Shown: positions 57,761 to 64,000 of the stretch, in pieces
How positions within the stretch are numbered: the first letter of the stretch is position 1
Layout: the number at the start of each line of letters is the position of its first letter
Origin: a bacterium
GTDB lineage: Bacteria > JADJOY01
Assembly: GCA_046331705.1 (NCBI GenBank)
Contig: JAXLQJ010000003.1
Location: 62,001 to 126,000, forward strand
Length of the DNA stretch: 64,000 nt
Direction of reading: 5' to 3'
Made by a program: the position numbers and the translations under genes
Notes under the pieces: generated by a model
Database searches by the model: none
What the model was told of the DNA's origin: nothing
What the model saw: the letters and a program-made list of their open reading frames with translations, nothing else

Positions 57761-59650
57761 TCACTGCGATTGGCGTGCCAATCCTCGGGGCCGTCGTGAA
57801 CGACGTGGCGACTCGGAAAGCGCCAGCCGCTCGAGCGGATACGCGCGCACCTCCGCCGCGTCGAACGCCCAAGCCCGGACGCTGCGCCAGCGCGCCGCGT
57901 CGAGCGAGCCGGTGGCCACGCGGGCGCGAAACCCCGCGTACCGACACCCGGGGCAGCTCTCGGCGCGCGCCACGTCCGGGCGCGCGTCGCGATCGATGGT
58001 GAGCGCGAAGGCCACCGGACGCCCCGCCTCGTCGTCGAAGCTGAGCAGCACGCCGTCGGCGGGTGCCGCGCGACTGCGCAAAACGGCCCACCCGCTCAGC
58101 ACCGTCGACCCGTCCGGTTCGTTCACCACGGCCTCCAAGTAGCCGCTCGGCTGCGGCGCCACCGCGGCGGCGAGGAGGTCGAGATGCGGATCGTCATGGC
58201 GCGGCGGCGACAAGTAGCCGATTCGTCCCAAGCGCCGCGCGACCCGGGTGAACACGTCCACCTCGGGGTAGAGGCGAACCTTCACGCTGTGCGGATCCAC
58301 GAAGAGCCCGCTCCACTGCAGCACCGCCGAGGCCTCGAGCCGGCGTGCGCGGGTGGCGCGGAACGCGTCGAGCGAGCCCACCGACGTGACGGCGCCCGCG
58401 GCGACCAGCCCGCCGATCGCGAGCGTGGCGAGCACTCGCCCGACTCTCGGTCGCGCCGCCTCCGGCGCGGTGCTGGGCTCGAGCGCGAAGAAGAGATGAG
58501 CGAGCGCGATGGGGAAATAGAGCGAGAACGTCGCGTAGCGCGACTCGAGCGCCTGCTCCACCCCGAACCCGAGTCGCCCCGCCGTGGTGAGCACCGTCGA
58601 GGCGAGCGGATACGCGGCCACCGCCAGCCACGGCGCCGCCCGGCGCAGCGCCTCCCGATCACCGCCAGCGCGAAACCAGCGCACGCCGAGCCCCACCAAC
58701 GAGCCCACGAGCGCCGCACCCGCGACGATCGCCGCCACGAGCGGTCGCTCCCGCGCGCCCGCGAGCGAGCGGCCGAGGCATCCCAGGAAATACGCGGCGG
58801 CGGCGAGTGGCGCCCGCAGCACCTCGCCGTAGCTCGGGTGCCCCGCGGGTTTCACGAAGCCATGGAAATAGCTCGCGACCGTGGCCGCGAACGCGAGCAC
58901 GTAGAGCGCGCTAGAGCGCCTCACTGCCGCGCGCTCGCGACGAGCGCGCGCGTCGTCGCCGCCGCGCCAGCCATGGGCGATCAACACCGGCAGCACGATC
59001 GGCCAGCACAGCATCCCGTTCGCGAACGAGTACGTGCTCACGAACGAGAGCGCGATCGCCGCCGCGAAGCGCGCGGCCAGCGGGGCGCGCGAGGTGCCCA
59101 CCACCAGCGCGGTCACGAGGCACGCGGGTGGCACGAACACGATCACCTGGATTCCCCAGAGCCAGTTCTCGTGCTGCACCAGCGAGAAGAGCAGCACGTT
59201 CGCCGCGGCCCACAGCGCCAGCGCCGCGTCCCGGCGAAGCGCCAGGGTGCGCCGCGCCAGCACCCACAGGCCGGCGGAGACCACCGCCGCCAGCAGCCAC
59301 GACACCGCCATCGGTGCCCGCACGTCGCCGCCCGTGAGCGCCGCCAGCCCCAGGAACGCGAGCCGCGGGAAGAGTTTCCGGCTCTCGTTGTGCTGCGCGA
59401 TCAGATCCGCGAACGTGAGATGGCCGTTACGCGCCTTCGGGTAGATCGTGGCGATCGCCCACTCGTCCCAGTACGGGACGTTCACCGCGTGGCGCCACAC
59501 GGCGCCAGCGGCGAGCACGCACGGGGCGAGCGCGAGGGCGAGCAGGATCGCCACGCGCCAGCGCGGGACGACGGCAACGCCGCCCGGAGCCACGTCGTCA
59601 CCGAGCGCTCGGCGCGCGCGCGCCGCATCCGTGCCCGGCACCACGATCAC
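57761..59650 (-). CDS. Polytopic membrane protein, GT-C-like glycosyltransferase, with periplasmic RPDV...GF module
   Basis: NVPYWDEW after TM1, QHNESR.LFPR, HENWLWG.Q, SRY, about 11-12 TM segments. GTGA overlap with the upstream GT. Confidence 0.72.
   Translation of the reverse strand: MIVVPGTDAARARRALGDDVAPGGVAVVPRWRVAILLALALAPCVLAAGAVWRHAVNVPYWDEWAIATIYPKARNGHLTFADLIAQHNESRKLFPRLAFLGLAALTGGDVRAPMAVSWLLAAVVSAGLWVLARRTLALRRDAALALWAAANVLLFSLVQHENWLWGIQVIVFVPPACLVTALVVGTSRAPLAARFAAAIALSFVSTYSFANGMLCWPIVLPVLIAHGWRGGDDARARRERAAVRRSSALYVLAFAATVASYFHGFVKPAGHPSYGEVLRAPLAAAAYFLGCLGRSLAGARERPLVAAIVAGAALVGSLVGLGVRWFRAGGDREALRRAAPWLAVAAYPLASTVLTTAGRLGFGVEQALESRYATFSLYFPIALAHLFFALEPSTAPEAARPRVGRVLATLAIGGLVAAGAVTSVGSLDAFRATRARRLEASAVLQWSGLFVDPHSVKVRLYPEVDVFTRVARRLGRIGYLSPPRHDDPHLDLLAAAVAPQPSGYLEAVVNEPDGSTVLSGWAVLRSRAAPADGVLLSFDDEAGRPVAFALTIDRDARPDVARAESCPGCRYAGFRARVATGSLDAARWRSVRAWAFDAAEVRAYPLERLALSESPRRSRRPRGLARQSQ
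57765..57780 (-). promoter_or_regulatory. Candidate sigma54 promoter for the beta-helix gene, overlapping a palindrome
   Basis: TGGCACGCCAATCGCA (GG-N10-GC), about 38 nt upstream of the ATG. Palindrome GATTGGC-GT-GCCAATC at 57768-57783. Confidence 0.6.
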
Positions 59651-62600
59651 CGTGCCACGGTCGCGGCGGCTTCGCGCAGCGCCTCGCCGTACGCCTCGAT
59701 CATCTCCGGAAAGCTCGTGAGGCCAGCGCCCACGAACGGGCTCGCGCTCGCGAAACGCGCGCACAGCTCGTCGTCGCTCAGCACTCGCACCAGCGAACGC
59801 GCGAGGTTCGCCGCCTCTCCCGGCTCGTAGAAGAGTGCGTTGACATTTTCCCGAACCTGCTCGCGGATGCCGAAGACCGGCGTGGTGACGATGGGAAGAC
59901 CGAAGGTCATCGCCTCCAGCAACACGTGCGGAAAGCTCTCGATGCGCGAGGTGCACACGAAGAGGTCCGCGGCGCGGAAGTAGCGCACGGGGTCGGGAGT
60001 CTCGGGGTGCAGCGCGACCCGCTCGCGCAAGCCAGCGGGCAGCGCGGCGATCGCGTTCGACACCGCGCGACTGTAGGGCAACCCGCGATCGCCGACGATG
60101 AAGCAGCGAACCCGCTCCCACCACGACGCGGGGAGCTGAGCGAGCGCCAGCGGGAGGTCGAGCTGTCCCTTGCGCTCGCACACGGTGCCGAGCAGCAGCA
60201 GCACCCGGTCGTCCGCCGCGATGCCGAGCGACGCGCGGGCCTCGTCCCGGGGCCAGCGCTCGGCCCGCTCGGCGAGCCGCTCGGGGTCGAGCGCGTCGTG
60301 GACGACGGTGAAGTTGTGGCGAGAATCCAGGCACCGATAGACGTCGCACGCGGCATCGGACGTGAAGATCACCCGATACGGCAACGCGAAGCAGCGGATC
60401 ACCTCGTCGAGGACGTGGCGCGGGTGATGGCGGAAGAGCGCCGCGCACCCCTCGCTCTCGTGGATGTTCCACACCACGGGGATGCCGGCGGAGGTGGCCG
60501 CCGCCACGGCGTGGTACGCGTGGATGGTGTTGGCGTAGACCACGTCGGCCGCGAACGCTCGCAAGCGCTCGGCGAACTGGGCGATCGCACGGGCATGGGA
60601 CGCGGCGTCGCCCGCCCCGGCGAGCGGGTGCGCTTCCACGTTCACCTCGATACCCGCGCGCTCGTAGAGGGCGCGCAGCGGCCCCTCGAGCGGCGAGAGC
60701 ACCACCGGATCGATCCCGTGGTCCCGACCCAGCGCCACCGCGAGGTCGTATTGGTGCTGTGGCGCGCCTTCGTGATTCAGGTTGTGGCTCACGCAGAGCA
60801 AGCGCAGGCGCCGCGATCGATCGCGGATCAAGCGTCGCGGCTGGATGTCGAAGCGCTCGCCGGCGCGCGACAGGTGCGGGCTCAGGAACGGGTCGGGCTC
60901 GCGGCTCAGCACCCGTCGATACGCCGCCACCTCGCGCGGGTTGTCGGCGAAGCCGCGGCTCACGCCCTCGTGATGGACGAGCTCGCACGGCACGTAGACC
61001 GTGCGCAGCCCGCGGGTGCTCAAGCGGTGGCCGTACTCGACGTCGTTGTACGCCACCGCGAAGCGCTCCTCGTCGAAGCCACCCAGCTCGAGGAAGAGCG
61101 CGCGCGGCGTGAGCAGGCAGGCACCGGTGACCGCCGCGCAATCGCGCGCCACGGCCTTGAGCGAGAGGTAGCCGTGGTCGTCGGCACGGGTGAGCTTGAA
61201 GGCGTGGCCCGCGAGCCCGTGGTGGAAGCCGCGCACGATCCCCGCGTGCTGGGTCCGGCCGTCGGGAAAGAGCAGATGGGCGCCGACCGCGCCCACTCCG
61301 GGCAGGCGCGCGTATCCCATCATCTGACTCAGCCAGTCGGGCGAACGGACCTCGGTGTCGTTGTTGAGCAGCACCAGGTACTCGGCCTCGACCGAGCGTG
61401 CGGCGGCGTTGACCAACGCCGAGAAGCTGAAGCGCCCGCCCGGGCTCGGGATGCGCACCACGTCGAACGCGCCGTGCGCGAGGAACTCGAGCGTGTCCGG
61501 CTCGCGGCTCTCGTTGTCGATCACGACGATGCGGTAGTTCGCGTAGCGCGTCTTCGCGAGCGAGCGGATGCACGCGCGCAAGAGCGGCAGCTGATCCTTG
61601 CTGGGGATCACGATGGCCACCGAGGGGCCGTCGTCCGCGAACGTGGGCCGGTAGATGCCGAGCCCGCCCGCCACCGCCCAATCGGGCCGCGCCACCTCGG
61701 CCGCGACCCCGCGGCGCGCGAGCGCCTCGGCGACCGCGCGCCGTCCGGCCTCGAAGCTCGCCGGCTTGGCGTCACCGCTGGTCGCCGTCGAGCCCGGCAC
61801 CGCGCGCCAGTGATAGAGGATCAACGGCACGTGGCCGACCCGCCGCGCGCGCTCCGCGGCGCGCAGCGCGAGATCGTGATCCTGCGAGCCCTCGAAGCCC
61901 ACGCGGCAGCCGCCGAGCTCCTCGAAGAGCGCTCGTCGCACCACCAGCAGGTGCGTGCAGTACATGAACGAGAGCAACAGCTCGGGCGACCAGTCGGGCT
62001 TGAACTGGGGCGCGTAGCGGCGGCCGGCGAGGTCGATCTTGTCGTCGTCGGAATAGACGAGATCGGTGTCGGGATGCTCGGCGAGGTGAAGCGCGACCTC
62101 GCCCAGCGCATCCGGGGCGAGCTCGTCGTCCTGATCGAGGAACGCCAGGAACTCGCCGGTCGCGAGCGCCGCGGCGCTGTTGGTGGCGCGGCTGATGTGA
62201 CCGTTCTCCGCGCGGCAAACGAGCCGAATGCGCCGATCGCGCTCGGCCCAGCGCGCCAGCGAGGCGCGCACCGCGGGGTTGGTGCTGGCGTCGTCGGCGA
62301 GGCAGAGCTCCCAGCTCTCGTAGACCTGGCTTCGCACCGACTCGATGGCGCGGTCGAGCAGCTCGAGCGGTGGGTCGTAGACCGGCATCACCACCGCGAT
62401 CTTGGGCAGCACGTCGCCAGCGCGCTCGAGCCGTAGCTCGAGCTCGCGCGCCGCGTCGGCGTGCCACGCGTTCACGCGGAGCCACGCGGCGTACGCGTCC
62501 TCGCGCCTCGGCGGCGCGACACCGGGTGGCAGGCAGCTTCCGGCCGAGACGCGAAAGCGCTCGCGATAGAGCCGCGCGGCGTGCGCCACCAGTGCGGGCA

Positions 62601-63999
62601 GCCGGCGCAGCGGCGGAACGCCTCCACGGCGGCGGCGGTAGTCGCTGGCGAGCCCGGTCGCGAACCGCACCAGCTCACGAGCGCCTTCGACTCGACGAGC
62701 CACCGCGCGCCCGAAGTCGCCGACCCATTCCGGCAGCACCAGGAAGGGCCGCGGAATGGGGTGCGTGAGGACCACGCCGGAAGCCAGCTCGGCCAGGAGC
62801 ACCACCGAACGGATTCCGGTCGGCAGACGGATCACGCCGTCGAATCCGCAGCGCACGTCGGGTGCGACGTCCTCGAAGGCTTGCGCGACGTCCGGTCGCT
62901 CGAACCCGTAGCGGGTGTCGGTGCGCACCGACCCGGATTGGAGCGCGAGCCGGACCACGCGGTCGCCCGGGCAGAAGCACCAGCCGGCGACGCGTTGACG
63001 CGGGCCAGCCAGGCGCAGCCGGCGCGGCTCGTCGACGTGCGCCCGAAGCTCCGGGCCCGTGCGCTCGATGGGGATCACCGCCACGCGCTCCCAGCGGCCG
63101 CGTCCGCGGTCGACCTCGAAGACCAGGCGCTGGGTGTGCGACGGGATCGTCGTCATCGCGACGAAGCCGGAGGTCGCGGCGCCGGGGATGTGCGGGTGCA
63201 TCGCCGCGACGTCGCGGCGCTCGAAACCGAGCGACGCGGGCGAGATCTCGGCGCCGGCCCACACGCGCAACGCCGAGATCGGCGGCCCATCGACCGTCAG
63301 CACCCAACCGGTGATCTCGCGCACGCCACCCTCGGCGCGTCCCAGCGTCAACGGCGGAGTGGCGAACAGCAGCTCGCTGGTCTCGATCAAGAGGTGACGC
63401 GACGAGCCAGCTCGATGCAACGGCTCCACCGCCCACTCGAGCTCCGCGCACTCGCGGTCGCGCTCCTCGAGCGTCGCGCAGAGCTCGGAGGCGCGCGCCG
63501 TCGCCGCGTCGAGCGCGCGCGCGCTGCGCGCCAGCTCCTCGACGCGCGCCGCGTCACGACGATCGCGCTCGGCGTGCGCGGCGCGGGCGGACTCGATCTC
63601 GCGGCCCAGCTCCTCGAGAATCCCCCGCGCACGCGCGAGCTCCGCCTCGCGCGCGTCGAGCTCCTCGCGCAGCACACGCACCGCCCAGCGGCCGCGGATC
63701 GCGTCGGGCTCGCTCGGATCGCTCTCCCGCTCCGCGGAAGGAACGGGCGATGGCGCGCCGGCGGCGCCCGCACGGACGAGCGGCATCTCGCCGAGCAACG
63801 CGCACGCGCCGGCCACCGAGGGCGCGAGCGCGTCGAGCGCGGCGGCGAGCGGCACCTCGCTCGCGCGGTCGGCGGCTTCGGCGGCGAGCGCCACATGACA
63901 CGCCTCGAGCCAGGGATGCAGCGGCGCCCCCCGATGCGTGGGCCGCGCTCGCTCCAGCGCCGGATCGAGGAAGGCGCGGATGCGCGCGAGCGTCGCCGT
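59647..63999 (-). CDS. Giant multidomain glycosyltransferase, 5'-truncated: putative sulfotransferase-domain tail, coiled coil, two Ig-like modules, GT2, GT2, GT4
   Basis: The frame is open to the window edge (..IRAFLDPALERAR..). GT2 #1: VMPVYD, LADDAS, FLDQDDEL, YSDDDK, FKPDWSPE, EGSQDHDL. GT2 #2: VIPSKD, LLNNDTEV, VAYNDVE. GT4: SHNL..EGAP, WNIHE, RKGQ, ESFPHVLLEAM. Confidence 0.9.
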   Translation of the reverse strand, partial: TATLARIRAFLDPALERARPTHRGAPLHPWLEACHVALAAEAADRASEVPLAAALDALAPSVAGACALLGEMPLVRAGAAGAPSPVPSAERESDPSEPDAIRGRWAVRVLREELDAREAELARARGILEELGREIESARAAHAERDRRDAARVEELARSARALDAATARASELCATLEERDRECAELEWAVEPLHRAGSSRHLLIETSELLFATPPLTLGRAEGGVREITGWVLTVDGPPISALRVWAGAEISPASLGFERRDVAAMHPHIPGAATSGFVAMTTIPSHTQRLVFEVDRGRGRWERVAVIPIERTGPELRAHVDEPRRLRLAGPRQRVAGWCFCPGDRVVRLALQSGSVRTDTRYGFERPDVAQAFEDVAPDVRCGFDGVIRLPTGIRSVVLLAELASGVVLTHPIPRPFLVLPEWVGDFGRAVARRVEGARELVRFATGLASDYRRRRGGVPPLRRLPALVAHAARLYRERFRVSAGSCLPPGVAPPRREDAYAAWLRVNAWHADAARELELRLERAGDVLPKIAVVMPVYDPPLELLDRAIESVRSQVYESWELCLADDASTNPAVRASLARWAERDRRIRLVCRAENGHISRATNSAAALATGEFLAFLDQDDELAPDALGEVALHLAEHPDTDLVYSDDDKIDLAGRRYAPQFKPDWSPELLLSFMYCTHLLVVRRALFEELGGCRVGFEGSQDHDLALRAAERARRVGHVPLILYHWRAVPGSTATSGDAKPASFEAGRRAVAEALARRGVAAEVARPDWAVAGGLGIYRPTFADDGPSVAIVIPSKDQLPLLRACIRSLAKTRYANYRIVVIDNESREPDTLEFLAHGAFDVVRIPSPGGRFSFSALVNAAARSVEAEYLVLLNNDTEVRSPDWLSQMMGYARLPGVGAVGAHLLFPDGRTQHAGIVRGFHHGLAGHAFKLTRADDHGYLSLKAVARDCAAVTGACLLTPRALFLELGGFDEERFAVAYNDVEYGHRLSTRGLRTVYVPCELVHHEGVSRGFADNPREVAAYRRVLSREPDPFLSPHLSRAGERFDIQPRRLIRDRSRRLRLLCVSHNLNHEGAPQHQYDLAVALGRDHGIDPVVLSPLEGPLRALYERAGIEVNVEAHPLAGAGDAASHARAIAQFAERLRAFAADVVYANTIHAYHAVAAATSAGIPVVWNIHESEGCAALFRHHPRHVLDEVIRCFALPYRVIFTSDAACDVYRCLDSRHNFTVVHDALDPERLAERAERWPRDEARASLGIAADDRVLLLLGTVCERKGQLDLPLALAQLPASWWERVRCFIVGDRGLPYSRAVSNAIAALPAGLRERVALHPETPDPVRYFRAADLFVCTSRIESFPHVLLEAMTFGLPIVTTPVFGIREQVRENVNALFYEPGEAANLARSLVRVLSDDELCARFASASPFVGAGLTSFPEMIEAYGEALREAAATVAR

Positions 64000-64000
64000 G

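Overview
Very GC-rich bacterial DNA with dense, often stop/start-overlapping genes. The gene content suggests a diderm, probably uncultured, Myxococcota/Binatota- or Acidobacteriota-like organism; this is an impression, not a determination. From left to right: (1) the 3' end of a secreted metalloprotease/FG-GAP-repeat protein; (2) a TetR-linked lipid- or steroid-modifying cluster (2 SDRs, PAPS sulfotransferase, class-III aminotransferase, extended SDR, VOC protein, RetSat/CrtI-like reductase); (3) two secreted proteins (a 7-repeat propeller and an S8/S53-like protease); (4) hypFCDE with no hypAB or hydrogenase, preceded by a Tat-type GH3 glucosidase, a permuted-papain-like protein and a small lipoprotein; (5) MltF-like transglycosylase, BVMO, TerB/Coq4-like protein and lipoproteins; (6) a MarR-linked acyl-CoA dehydrogenase / AurF-like diiron oxygenase / GH5 cluster ending in a broken epimerase; (7) a lone short flagellin next to an arylsulfotransferase, a catalytically dead SGNH protein, an O-antigen-ligase-like protein and a GT2; (8) a six-gene cascade of TonB receptor, orphan solute-binding protein, histidine kinase, REC, REC-HK and sigma54 activator, with sigma54-type promoters on both sides; (9) a beta-helix exoprotein, a GT-C-like membrane protein and a giant multi-domain glycosyltransferase that runs off the right edge. 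The strongest leads are a shared C-terminal [VLI]FxxxFExGx[LIV]xxW[SG] tail on four unrelated secreted proteins (a candidate sorting signal) and the TonB-receptor-coupled sigma54 phosphorelay. I recognised no rRNA, tRNA, CRISPR array or mobile element. Family calls come from motif recognition by eye, without database searches.
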